DNA from: an uncultured Acidobacteriota bacterium
Lineage (GTDB): Bacteria > Actinomycetota > Acidimicrobiia > Spongiisociales > ZC4RG35
Direction of reading: 5' to 3'
DNA: 64,000 nt
Assembly: GCA_963822895.1 (NCBI GenBank)
Contig: CAWGJI010000014.1
Coordinates: 51,337 to 115,336 of the forward strand
In this document: positions 9,522 through 18,061 of the stretch, in pieces
How the letters are laid out: each line of letters begins with the position of its first letter
Numbering within the stretch: position 1 is the first letter of the stretch
Made by a program: the position numbers and the translations under genes
The notes under the pieces: generated by a model
What the model saw: the letters and a program-made list of their open reading frames with translations, nothing else
What the model was told of the DNA's origin: nothing
Databases searched by the model: none

Positions 9522-10988
9522 ATGCGAGTGCTGGTTACTGGCGCAACGGGTTACATCGGTGGAAGGCTGGTACCCAGGCTCGTCGATCGCGGCGTCGACG
9601 TCCGTTGCATGACCCGGGATCCAGCCCGGCTCAACCTGGCCCCTTGGCGCCAGCAGGTGGAGGTGGTCGCCGCGGACGTCAGCGACGAGGCCGCTCTCCA
9701 AGCGGCTCTCCGCGATTGTGACTTCGCCTATTACCTGATCCACGCCTTGGGTGACACCGGTGGGGACTACACGAGTCAGGACCGGTCGGCCGCGGTCAAC
9801 TTTCAGGGCGCGGCTGCCGCCGCCAGGTTGCGACGCATCGTTTACCTGGGCGCGCTCGGTAGCAACGAGGACGACCTCTCCAGGCACCTTCAAAGTCGTC
9901 AGGAGGTGGGGAGAATTCTTGCTGCTGGCACTACTCCGGTTACCGAGTTGCGGGCGGCAGTGATCATCGGGTCGGGGTCGGTGTCCTTCGAGATGATTCG
10001 ACACCTGACTGAATTGCTGCCGGTTCTGTTCCGTCCGCGCTGGGTGCGCACCAAGTGCCAGCCGATAGCCGTGCGCAACGTGCTGGAGATCCTGATCGCG
10101 ATGCTCGATGCTCCTGGAGACGAGGATTACGTCTTCGAGATTGGGGGTCCCGATGTCCTCACCTATGAGGAGATGATGCAGATCTACGCCCAGGTTGCCG
10201 GTCTGACGAAGCGGATTGTGATTCCCTTCCCGTTGTTCAACAGCTGGATTGCGCCGCAGGTGATCGGTCTGGTCACTCCTCTGGTCGCCTCCACGGTCAG
10301 ACCCCTGATCGAAAGCCTTCGCAACGATGTCGTGGTGCGCGAAGAGTCGCCTCCAGGCTTCGAGCCCTCGTCATTGTTTACGTATCGAAAGGGAGTGGAG
10401 CTGGCCCTAAAGCGGATCTCGGAGGAGAACGTCGAGACCCGCTGGTCTGATGCTGTGACCCAGCCTGCGCTGCCGCTTCCCGGCGATCCCGCTTGGTCGG
10501 GAGCTGTCATGAAAGTGGACGAGCGTGTTGCCCGTTCGGCGGCGCCTGTCGATGATGTGTTTTGGGCCGTGACTCGGATCGGCGGTGACGTCGGCTACTA
10601 CGCGATGAATTGGGCCTGGGCCCTGCGAGGCTGGTTCGACAGCCTGATCGGTGGTGTCGGTCTCCGTCGCGGGCGACGGCATCCCGAGGATCTGAGGCCC
10701 GGTGAAGCCCTCGACTTCTTCCGTGTGGCCGAGGTGGATCCGGATCGGCACCGGCTGACACTCCAGGCGGAGATGAAAGTGCCGGGCACCGCCTGGCTGG
10801 GTTGGAGGGTCGAGTCAACCGACAACGGGTCCGTTCTCACCCAGGATGCGCGCTTCGTGCCCAGGGGCTTGCTTGGCCGTCTCTATTGGTGGGTCCTGCT
10901 TCCGTTCCACGCTCCCATCTTCCGCAAGATGGCCCAGCGCATCGCTGCAACGGCGGAGCGCCGAGAGCAGCTGCAGGCCGTGGACTGA
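9522..10988 (+). CDS. NAD(P)H-binding SDR/epimerase-like protein with a C-terminal DUF2867 domain.
   Basis: The Rossmann motif 'VLVTGATGYIGGRLV' is present, and the C-terminal half resembles DUF2867. Confidence 0.7.
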   Translation: MRVLVTGATGYIGGRLVPRLVDRGVDVRCMTRDPARLNLAPWRQQVEVVAADVSDEAALQAALRDCDFAYYLIHALGDTGGDYTSQDRSAAVNFQGAAAAARLRRIVYLGALGSNEDDLSRHLQSRQEVGRILAAGTTPVTELRAAVIIGSGSVSFEMIRHLTELLPVLFRPRWVRTKCQPIAVRNVLEILIAMLDAPGDEDYVFEIGGPDVLTYEEMMQIYAQVAGLTKRIVIPFPLFNSWIAPQVIGLVTPLVASTVRPLIESLRNDVVVREESPPGFEPSSLFTYRKGVELALKRISEENVETRWSDAVTQPALPLPGDPAWSGAVMKVDERVARSAAPVDDVFWAVTRIGGDVGYYAMNWAWALRGWFDSLIGGVGLRRGRRHPEDLRPGEALDFFRVAEVDPDRHRLTLQAEMKVPGTAWLGWRVESTDNGSVLTQDARFVPRGLLGRLYWWVLLPFHAPIFRKMAQRIAATAERREQLQAVD

Positions 10989-11200
10989 ACACCACTGATT
11001 CATCCCTTGTCGCGTCTGGCAGTTCGATCGTGGGGGTCCAGAGCGACAACTCGGAGCCTCATCCCTTACCGGCCCCTCCAACACAACGCGGCCCTGGTGC
11101 ATGGGGTGCCCGAGCGGCCGGGTCATGGCGCTGCGCGCCCGGACCTGGAACCAGCCTTGCCCGATGTGGGTCGACCACTTCAGCAAAGGCCCGATGGCGG

Positions 11201-12613
11201 TCAGTAGGCGCGTGCCGCGTAGGCGATCAGCCCCTTTTCGTCGACCGTCTCGGGGCATGTGCCGTCCGGTCGTGTCAGGCACCGGATCGTGATCGCGGAT
11301 TCGGCCAGGACGGTTTCGCCGTTCTCTCCGACGATGTCATAGGGGAGGCGTGCCCAGCCGGCGGCAGCCGCTTCGCCCACCTCACCGAGGGTGGAGACGT
11401 CGTGGATTCGGGCATCGCGGAATTCGGTTGCCTCGGCGAGCAGCGATGAATGCACCTCGTCGAGCGTCGTGGTCGCGACCGCTCCTGCCTCGGCCACCGG
11501 TGTTGGCAGCTTGGTCAGCGTGTCACGTCTGACGATCGTGACCCGACCCTCGGCCAGTTCACGGGGCCCAACCTCGATGCGGAGGGGAGCACCCTTCAGT
11601 TCCCACTCGACGGTCCGGCGCCCGAAGGACTGTTCAATGCGGTCGTCGAGACGGACGCGGTGCCCCGCAGACTCGAGCTCGTTGACGATTTTCCTGGCGA
11701 CCTCGCCTGCACCGTGCTCGTCGCGCACCACCATCACAACCACCTGGATAGGCGCGATGCTGGGAGGCAGCCTCAGCCCAGCGTCATCGCCATGACACAT
11801 GATGAGACCACCGACCATGCGGGTCGAGGCCCCCCAACTCGTCTGCCATGCGTATTGCTCGGCGCCGGTGTCATCGAGGTACTTGATGTTGAATGCCTTG
11901 GCGAAGTTCTGGCCCAGCTCGTGGCTCGTTCCCATCTGCAGGGCCTTGCTATCGCGCATCATCGCTTCACAGGACGCCGTGTTGATTGCCCCGGCGAAAC
12001 GTTCGCGGGGCGTCTTGATGCCCGCGATGACCGGAATGGCCAGCACGTTCACCATGAACATCCGGTACACCTCGTGCAGGATCTTGAGCATGTAGGCCCG
12101 CGCCTCATCCTCGCTTGCATGGGCGGTGTGGCCCTCCTGCCACAGGAACTCGGTAGTCCGTAGAAAGATCCGGGGCCTCAGCTCCCAGCGCACGACATTC
12201 GCCCACTGGTTGACCAACAAGGGAAGGTCCCGGTAACTCTGAATCCACTTGGAGAAGTAGCTGTTGATGATCGTCTCGCTGGTCGGGCGGACGACAACTG
12301 GCTCTTCGAGATCCCGACCGCCGGCGTGGGTGACGACGGCCAGCTCGGGCGTGAAGCCCTCGACGTGTTCGGCCTCCCTCCTCAGCAGCTCCTCGGGGAT
12401 GAGCAGCGGGAAGTAGGCGTTGTCGGCGCCGGCCGCCTTGATGCGGAGGTCGACCTCGGCCTGCATTCGCTCCCAGATCCCGTAGCCATAAGGCCTGATG
12501 ACCATCGTTCCGCGGACGGGGCCGTTCTCAGCGAGTTCGGCCTTGGCGACGACGTCCTGGTACCAGCGGGGGAAGTCGACCTCTTGGGACGTGAGGACCC
12601 GTGCGCTCGCCAT
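11201..12613 (-). CDS. proS: Proline--tRNA ligase (archaeal/eukaryotic-type ProRS without an editing domain).
   Basis: Class II aaRS motifs are present, with 'FPRWYQDVVAKAEL' and 'IRPYGYGIWE' near the N-terminus. The length is 470 aa. Confidence 0.9.
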   Translation of the reverse strand: MASARVLTSQEVDFPRWYQDVVAKAELAENGPVRGTMVIRPYGYGIWERMQAEVDLRIKAAGADNAYFPLLIPEELLRREAEHVEGFTPELAVVTHAGGRDLEEPVVVRPTSETIINSYFSKWIQSYRDLPLLVNQWANVVRWELRPRIFLRTTEFLWQEGHTAHASEDEARAYMLKILHEVYRMFMVNVLAIPVIAGIKTPRERFAGAINTASCEAMMRDSKALQMGTSHELGQNFAKAFNIKYLDDTGAEQYAWQTSWGASTRMVGGLIMCHGDDAGLRLPPSIAPIQVVVMVVRDEHGAGEVARKIVNELESAGHRVRLDDRIEQSFGRRTVEWELKGAPLRIEVGPRELAEGRVTIVRRDTLTKLPTPVAEAGAVATTTLDEVHSSLLAEATEFRDARIHDVSTLGEVGEAAAAGWARLPYDIVGENGETVLAESAITIRCLTRPDGTCPETVDEKGLIAYAARAY

Positions 12614-12737
12614 TCACGGCGATGGTACCCAGGCGGGTCTGGGCCGCTTACACCCACTCTCACTTGCTTGGCTTCGGTGTCTCAGATTCCGAGCTGAGCT
12701 CTGCTGGTCGGCCTGACGTGATCTGACTGTGAGTCTG

Positions 12738-13055
12738 TCAGTTGAGGCCAAGAACGGTGAGGATTGCCGCGTCAACGCCCCACTGCTCCTCGGAGGTGAG
12801 ATGACCGGCCATGTCACCGAGGCGTCCGACGTCGACTGCACCCATCTGCTCCACGAGGACCCTCGTCTCGGTGCCCTCGATCTCGATTTCGGGTCGGAAT
12901 GAGGCGCTTCTTGCGCTGCTGGACGTGGGCGCGATCAGAACGACGGACCGGGAGAGTAGTGCGTCCGACTGAACGATCACGCCGAAGCGCCTTCCGTGTT
13001 GTTCATGGCCGATGCCCTTGGGAAGCCGGAGCCGGAAGACGTCACCTCGACGCAC
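12738..13055 (-). CDS. MazF/PemK-family endoribonuclease toxin.
   Basis: The motif 'RGDVFRLRLPKGIGHEQHGRRFGVIVQSD...LIAPTSS' is present. The GTG start overlaps the antitoxin stop by ~14 nt. Confidence 0.7.
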   Translation of the reverse strand: MRRGDVFRLRLPKGIGHEQHGRRFGVIVQSDALLSRSVVLIAPTSSSARSASFRPEIEIEGTETRVLVEQMGAVDVGRLGDMAGHLTSEEQWGVDAAILTVLGLN

Positions 13056-13281
13056 GCAGGCTCTCCATGAGTTCGGCAACTGCAAGCATCTCAGCACGGT
13101 CTGTTTCGTCCGCCTCGAGGGCTGCAGCCTCCGCAGCGAGAGCATCCTTGTCTTTCAGCTTCGATGCGGCTTCCACCAAGGCAGAACGGATCGCTTCCGA
13201 TCGTGACTTCCCGGTCGCCTCCAACTGTGCCAGAGCCCTCATCGCTTCGTCGTCGAGTCGAACTGAAACTGGCTGGGCCAT
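13042..13281 (-). CDS. Ribbon-helix-helix (CopG/MazE-like) antitoxin.
   Basis: 'VSVRLDDEAMRALAQLEATGKSRSEAIRSAL' is an RHH motif. The gene sits immediately upstream of the MazF-like gene and co-directional with it. Confidence 0.65.
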   Translation of the reverse strand: MAQPVSVRLDDEAMRALAQLEATGKSRSEAIRSALVEAASKLKDKDALAAEAAALEADETDRAEMLAVAELMESLRASR

Positions 13282-13473
13282 AACTCAAATCGTATCACAT
13301 TCCGTAATACAAAGGAAGATTTGTCGGAAGAGCCGCGAATCGACCCATCGTTTGTTGGCACAGACTGACCAGCCCTTCGTCCGGATCACTGCACCGATTT
13401 CACTGGGCGCCCACTCAGTTCCAAAGGTCCAGGTGGTGATGTGAGAGGAGCTTGCCGAACCCTCTTTGCCTGA

Positions 13474-13710
13474 TCAGTCCGGATCGGCCTGCCCCGAATA
13501 CTCCTCGGCGGCGCGGATCGCCTCCGAGGCTTGCTCTTCTACCCGATGCTCGATACTTGGATCGAATATCTCCTCAAAGGGGCCAGGTGTATACACCCGA
13601 GGCGGTCGTATCGTGTAGAAGATCCACCCTCGCGTCTGGGCCCATAGGGCGAGACCGTGAAGCCCGTACAGCAGGGCGACAACTGCGACAGCGATGAACA
13701 GAAACTTCAT
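13474..13710 (-). CDS. Small membrane protein.
   Basis: The N-terminal TM helix 'MKFLFIAVAVVALLYGLHGLALW' is followed by an acidic tail. Confidence 0.35.
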   Translation of the reverse strand: MKFLFIAVAVVALLYGLHGLALWAQTRGWIFYTIRPPRVYTPGPFEEIFDPSIEHRVEEQASEAIRAAEEYSGQADPD

Positions 13711-13896
13711 CTGTAATCAGGAGCGATTGTCGCAGAGGCACGTGGGAATGAGGGAATTGATCCGGCGACATCCGACTACTACCGCCCATATCTGACAGCC
13801 AGATTGGCAAGGTTCTGACCCTCGTCGCAGCCGGACCGACCCGCCTAATCCTCAACGACCACGGCGCTCTCCACCCCTACGTCCCTATTCCACTGC

Positions 13897-14286
13897 CTAC
13901 TGGATGAGTTCGGCGTTGGCTGATGCGGCTGCCAGGCCGGAGTCAGTCGTGATGATGGTTGCGTGGAGCTGATTGGCGAGCTCGATGTACAGGGCGTCGA
14001 CGAGACGGACGTTGTGATGTAGTGCCCAGGCGCCTTCGAGAAGCGGGGCGAGTAGGTGGCGGTGGAATGGTGCCTGTGCAGTGAGGGATACTCGTTCTTG
14101 CACCTGGAGTTGGCTGAGTTCTCCACCACGTTGCAGACGACCCAGGGCTGACAGGACTTCGGCGTCAAAGTGCGCCGGCACGTTGACCTCGCTGTCTTTA
14201 AGGCGCGTGGCGACGAGCTGGCCCAGTGAAGAAGCGACCAGGTGGTCGACCATCGCTGACGCATCGACTACGAGCTTGTCAGCCAC
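13897..14286 (-). CDS. vapC: PIN-domain toxin, VapC-like, copy 1.
   Basis: 'MADKLVVDASAMVDHLV' begins a PIN fold of 129 aa. It overlaps the upstream RHH gene by 8 nt. Confidence 0.75.
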   Translation of the reverse strand: MADKLVVDASAMVDHLVASSLGQLVATRLKDSEVNVPAHFDAEVLSALGRLQRGGELSQLQVQERVSLTAQAPFHRHLLAPLLEGAWALHHNVRLVDALYIELANQLHATIITTDSGLAAASANAELIQ

Positions 14287-14509
14287 CCTCGAGCTCGTCC
14301 TTGGCCGATTTCACCGCCTCGAGCACTTTGTCGTGGCTGATGCCGGGAGAGGCGAGTTCAGCGACGCGTTGTTGCCATCGTGCAAGGTTCTGTGCTGACA
14401 GCGATGACCGGATCGCTTGCTGTGTGAGGCTCGAGATGTTGAGGCCAGCAGCCTTGGCCTCCTCGGCGAGTTCGTCTGGCAGATAGACGTTGACACGTGA
14501 CATGCGCAT
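14279..14509 (-). CDS. vapB: RHH antitoxin, VapB-like, copy 1.
   Basis: The RHH motif 'MRMSRVNVYLPDELAEEAKAAGLNISSL' is present. The start is ATG ~14509 or ~14503. Confidence 0.7.
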   Translation of the reverse strand: MRMSRVNVYLPDELAEEAKAAGLNISSLTQQAIRSSLSAQNLARWQQRVAELASPGISHDKVLEAVKSAKDELEGG

Positions 14510-14639
14510 AATATACACATCAGGAGCGATCGCGAGCAACGAACCACCAGTCTGAGCTCAGCCGGGGCGCAGTTCAGATCTGAGAAGAGTATTCACATCG
14601 GCACGTGTCGCTCGGCTCAGAACCTCCAGTTTCACTGGG

Positions 14640-16290
14640 GACGGCGGATCCCTATTGCTGACCAGGTGGTCACTCTGCAGCAATGGGCATTGGCGGGGGT
14701 GCCACCCTGGTCGCGAGAATGAGACTCGGAGCTCTCGGTCTCTGACCAAGCTGACGGCTCATGCCGATCGAGACGCACATCGAATGCCGGAGGGAAGCCT
14801 GTTGTCACGCATGCAGAGTCACATGTTGATTTCTTTATGAGCCGTTCCGCCAATGCTCTTCCAGTCGGAATCGTCGGCGGGGGCATTCTCGGGCTGGCAG
14901 TCGGCCGCGAGCTCACGAAACGCAATCCGGGCGTCGAGGTCATTGTGTTCGAGAAAGAGGGCCAGCTGGCGGTCCACCAGACCGGGCACAACTCGGGTGT
15001 CGTCCATGCGGGCATCTACTACAAGCCTGGTTCCCTCAAGGCTCAGCTCTGCGCGCGGGGGAGGACCCTGCTGCGCGAGTACTGCGCCGAGCACCAGCTT
15101 CCATACGACCAATGCGGGAAGCTGGTCGTGGCCGTCGACCCATCCGAGATGGGCCGGCTGGAGAACCTGGAGAAGACTGCCTCCGAGAACGGTGTGCCCG
15201 GTCTCAGGCGGGTCGATGGCGGCGAGATCGCCGAGATCGAGCCACACGCTGCAGGGCTGGCCGCGCTTCATTCTCCGACCACGGCCATCACCGACTATGT
15301 CGCAATCGCACGATCGTATGCACGCGACATCGAGGAGGCAGGGGGGCGGATCCTGCTCTCGTCCGAGGTGACAGGCATCGAGCGCCGGGTCGGGTCGATC
15401 GAGGTGCGGACCGAACGAGATGCACGCAAGGTGGGTCGGCTGGTGGTCTGCGCCGGTCTCCAGTCAGACCGGGTCGCCGAGCCGGTGGACGGCGAGAGCG
15501 CCCCACGAATCGTCCCCTTCCGCGGGGAGTACATGAAGGTGGTCGACTCCAAGCGCGACCTGGTGCGAGGGTTGATCTATCCGGTACCCGATCCTCGCTA
15601 CCCGTTCCTGGGTGTTCATTTCACCTCAATGGTTTCCGGCGACCTCGAGGTAGGCCCCAATGCCGTGCTTGCCCTGAAACGGGAGGGCTATCGCAGACGG
15701 GACGTGAATCTCGCCGATGTCGGCAGCATCGTCTCCTGGCCGGGGTTCTGGCGCATGGCCGCATCGAATTGGCGAGCAGGCATCGAAGAAGTCTGGGGCT
15801 CGATCTCCAAACGCGCCTACATGAAGAAGGCCAGCCGGTATGTGCCCGACATCGGCCCAGAAGATGTGGTCAGGGCGAGAGCCGGGGTGCGGGCCCAAGC
15901 GCTCGATCGGGACGGGTCGTTGGTCGACGATTTCAGGATCTTCGAGAGTGACGGGGTGCTCACGGTCCGCAATGCCCCCTCGCCTGGGGCCACGTCGAGT
16001 CTCGCCATCGCCGAGTACATCGTCGATCAGATGAAGACTTCCGGTGAGCGCCATTGATGGCGCCGGAAATGTCACAGCTGGAGCCGGCATACCCTCGATC
16101 GATGGTCTTGACCCGCCAGGTGTTGGCCGATATCGACGACGGATGTTTCGATGTGGACCCGAGTCTCGAGTGGACGCGCCGCGTGCGTCCTGGGCTCCGT
16201 TTGACCCTTGTTTGACGCCGCCAAGCGGACTCAGCGGAATCCACAACCACCACACGCCTCCCCGGCCCAAACACGTCCTGGTCCACTACT
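14640..16290 (+). repeat. lhgO segment, copy 1 of a dispersed ~1.65-kb duplication.
   Basis: It is about 97% identical to 36720..38335 and carries a ~40-bp indel after the stop codon. Confidence 0.8.
14837..16057 (+). CDS. lhgO: L-2-hydroxyglutarate oxidase (FAD-dependent), copy 1.
   Basis: The FAD-binding 'VGIVGGGILGLAVGREL' and the LhgO/YgaF-family length of 406 aa fit this call. Confidence 0.7.
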   Translation: MSRSANALPVGIVGGGILGLAVGRELTKRNPGVEVIVFEKEGQLAVHQTGHNSGVVHAGIYYKPGSLKAQLCARGRTLLREYCAEHQLPYDQCGKLVVAVDPSEMGRLENLEKTASENGVPGLRRVDGGEIAEIEPHAAGLAALHSPTTAITDYVAIARSYARDIEEAGGRILLSSEVTGIERRVGSIEVRTERDARKVGRLVVCAGLQSDRVAEPVDGESAPRIVPFRGEYMKVVDSKRDLVRGLIYPVPDPRYPFLGVHFTSMVSGDLEVGPNAVLALKREGYRRRDVNLADVGSIVSWPGFWRMAASNWRAGIEEVWGSISKRAYMKKASRYVPDIGPEDVVRARAGVRAQALDRDGSLVDDFRIFESDGVLTVRNAPSPGATSSLAIAEYIVDQMKTSGERH

Positions 16291-16675
16291 GGATGAGTTC
16301 GGCGTTGGCTGATGCGGCTGCCAAACCGGAGTCAGTCGTGATGATGGTTGCGTGGAGCTGATTGGCGAGCTCGATGTACAGGGCGTCGACGAGACGGACG
16401 TTGTGATGTAGCGCCCAGGCGCCTTCGAGAAGCGGGGCGAGCAGGTGGCGGTGGAACGGTGCCTGTGCAGTGAGGGATACTCGTTCTTGCACCTCGAGTT
16501 CGCTGAGTCCTCCACCACGTTGCAGACGACCCAGCGCTGACAGGACTTCGGCGTCAAAGTGCGCCGGCACGTTGACCTCGCTGTCTCTGAGGCGTGTGGC
16601 GACGAGCTGACCCAGCGAAGAAGCGACCAGGTAGTCGACCATCGCTGACGCGTCGACTACGAGCTTGTCAGCCAC
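16286..16675 (-). CDS. vapC: PIN-domain toxin, VapC-like, copy 2.
   Basis: It differs from copy 1 at 6 of 129 residues. Confidence 0.75.
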   Translation of the reverse strand: MADKLVVDASAMVDYLVASSLGQLVATRLRDSEVNVPAHFDAEVLSALGRLQRGGGLSELEVQERVSLTAQAPFHRHLLAPLLEGAWALHHNVRLVDALYIELANQLHATIITTDSGLAAASANAELIQ

Positions 16676-16898
16676 CCTCGAGCTCGTCCTTGGCCGATTT
16701 CACCGCCTCGAGGACCTTGTCGTGGCTGATGCCGGGAGAGCTGAGTTCAGCAACGCGTTCTTGCCATCGTGAGAGGTTCTGTGCTGCCAAGGATGATCGA
16801 ATCGCCTGCTGTGTGAGGCTCGAGATGTTGAGGCCAGCCGCCTTGGCCTCCTCGGCGAGTTCGTCTGGCAGATAGATGTTGACACGTGACATGCGCAT
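16668..16898 (-). CDS. vapB: RHH antitoxin, VapB-like, copy 2.
   Basis: The motif 'MRMSRVNIYLPDELAEEAKAAGLNISSL' is present. Confidence 0.7.
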   Translation of the reverse strand: MRMSRVNIYLPDELAEEAKAAGLNISSLTQQAIRSSLAAQNLSRWQERVAELSSPGISHDKVLEAVKSAKDELEGG

Positions 16899-17018
16899 AG
16901 TATACACATAGAGAAAGCGATCACGAGCAACGAACCACGAGTCTGAGCTCAGCCGCAAGCACCTAGTCCGGGTGCACTTCGCTGCCTCAACAGCACCTGG
17001 TTCATTGCCTAGTCGACT

Positions 17019-17618
17019 TCAGGGATCGAGCGATTTGCGCAGCGCACGCACTGCAGCCAGCACCCCCTCGTAGGTTTCCAAGAGTCTTGGCCCCCCGCGC
17101 AACAGAGTTCGCCGATGTATGTCGGCTTCTATCCAATCCCAACTGGCACGGTCGTATGTTGCAAAACACAGTCGCACAGCCTCGACGAACGTGACATCGG
17201 TGCCATCGGTTGCCTGTGTGATCCGATCAACGATCAAAGACTCGAGCGTGATGACTTCGACGGCCTCAGTCTCATTCAGTTTCACGGGAGCCCATTCGCC
17301 ATCGACTACTGATCCTGGAAACTCGACAGGCCAGCGTTCGCCGTCACTGAACGTGTACGCGAAATGGTCGCCCTGGATCTGCTCGAACCCGAGATCCCTC
17401 AGAGCCTGGCGATCCTCCTCATCTAGGTATGCACACATGTCGACGTCGGTCGGTCGATACACGCGGGTGTGCAGGTTGACGGCTGCCCCGCCAACGAGGA
17501 CAGCCGTTCCTTTGAGTGCGTAATCCGCTGCCTTGGCAAGCCAGAGGGATCGGTCGATTTCGTCGCTGTTTCGGTCGGCCTCAGCGAGCGCTCGTCTTGC
17601 TCTCCCTAAGTCTCTCAA
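17019..17618 (-). CDS. Nucleotidyltransferase-fold (Pol-beta-like) protein, a putative toxin or abortive-infection effector.
   Basis: 'GTAVLVGGAAVNLHTRVYRPTDVDMCAY' fits the hG[GS]...DhD nucleotidyltransferase signature. Its start overlaps the upstream HTH gene by 4 nt. Confidence 0.4.
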   Translation of the reverse strand: MRDLGRARRALAEADRNSDEIDRSLWLAKAADYALKGTAVLVGGAAVNLHTRVYRPTDVDMCAYLDEEDRQALRDLGFEQIQGDHFAYTFSDGERWPVEFPGSVVDGEWAPVKLNETEAVEVITLESLIVDRITQATDGTDVTFVEAVRLCFATYDRASWDWIEADIHRRTLLRGGPRLLETYEGVLAAVRALRKSLDP

Positions 17619-17983
17619 CGTCGCGTGGCGAGCGACTCACGCTCAATCTGTGTATCAAGACCGAGCATTTCCTTGCGCTCAAGTCGAGCCACAGGGTCAG
17701 AAGGCCCGATACCCGTACGCGCAAGCATGTCAGCAGAGCGCTGCGCCCACACCTTGATCTCACTCAGTGAGGTCTCATTCCGCCGAGGGGACTCGAGGTC
17801 GCTGAGGCTTCCTCCGTAGCACGACAGAAGCTCGAGGATTGTCGAGATTCGAGGGTCGGCTTTGCCCGTTTCGATATTGCATATCTGAGACCGGCTGATT
17901 CCAGTTGTCTTGAAGACATCAGTGATAGACATGCGATTCAGCTCTCGCATCTGTCGCAACTTGTAGGTGTTGAGAGATGTCAT
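17615..17983 (-). CDS. XRE-family helix-turn-helix regulator, a putative antitoxin/repressor.
   Basis: The HTH_3 motif 'MSITDVFKTTGISRSQICNIETGKADPRISTILEL' is present. Confidence 0.7.
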   Translation of the reverse strand: MTSLNTYKLRQMRELNRMSITDVFKTTGISRSQICNIETGKADPRISTILELLSCYGGSLSDLESPRRNETSLSEIKVWAQRSADMLARTGIGPSDPVARLERKEMLGLDTQIERESLATRR

Positions 17984-17987
17984 GCCT

Positions 17988-18027
17988 GTTAGTTAATACA
18001 CTAACGCTCGTTAGTCAATACACTAAC
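17988..18027. promoter_or_regulatory. Tandem palindromic operator at the 5' end of the XRE gene.
   Basis: 'GTTAGTTAATACACTAAC' and 'GTTAGTCAATACACTAAC' are two 18-bp copies, each with inverted arms GTTAG/CTAAC. They lie in an AT-rich patch directly abutting the ATG at 17983. Confidence 0.6.
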
Positions 18028-18061
18028 AGTCCCGACCCCGATGCATCACCGGCAAGAACTC

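Larger units (their letters stand above)
13866..14575 (-). repeat. vapBC direct repeat, copy 1 (~700 bp).
   Basis: It is about 95% identical at the nucleotide level to 16270..16960. Confidence 0.8.
16270..16960 (-). repeat. vapBC direct repeat, copy 2.
   Basis: It is homologous to 13866..14575 and starts exactly where the lhgO-1 repeat ends. Confidence 0.8.

Noticed and set aside
8722-10004. ORFs 8722..9396(−) and 9267..10004(−), antisense to the redoxin and SDR–DUF2867 genes.
   Set aside because: They are antisense to ORFs with strong family signatures and have no motifs of their own.
14632-15015. 127-aa ORFs (also 36741..37085) antisense to the 5' region of both lhgO copies.
   Set aside because: They are duplicated simply because the lhgO segment is duplicated, and they have no coding features.
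13866-16960. Direct repeats considered as a CRISPR array or IS element.
   Set aside because: The repeats are ~700 bp and ~1.65 kb and encode complete genes (vapBC, lhgO). There are no short regular repeat-spacer units and no transposase. This is a segmental duplication.
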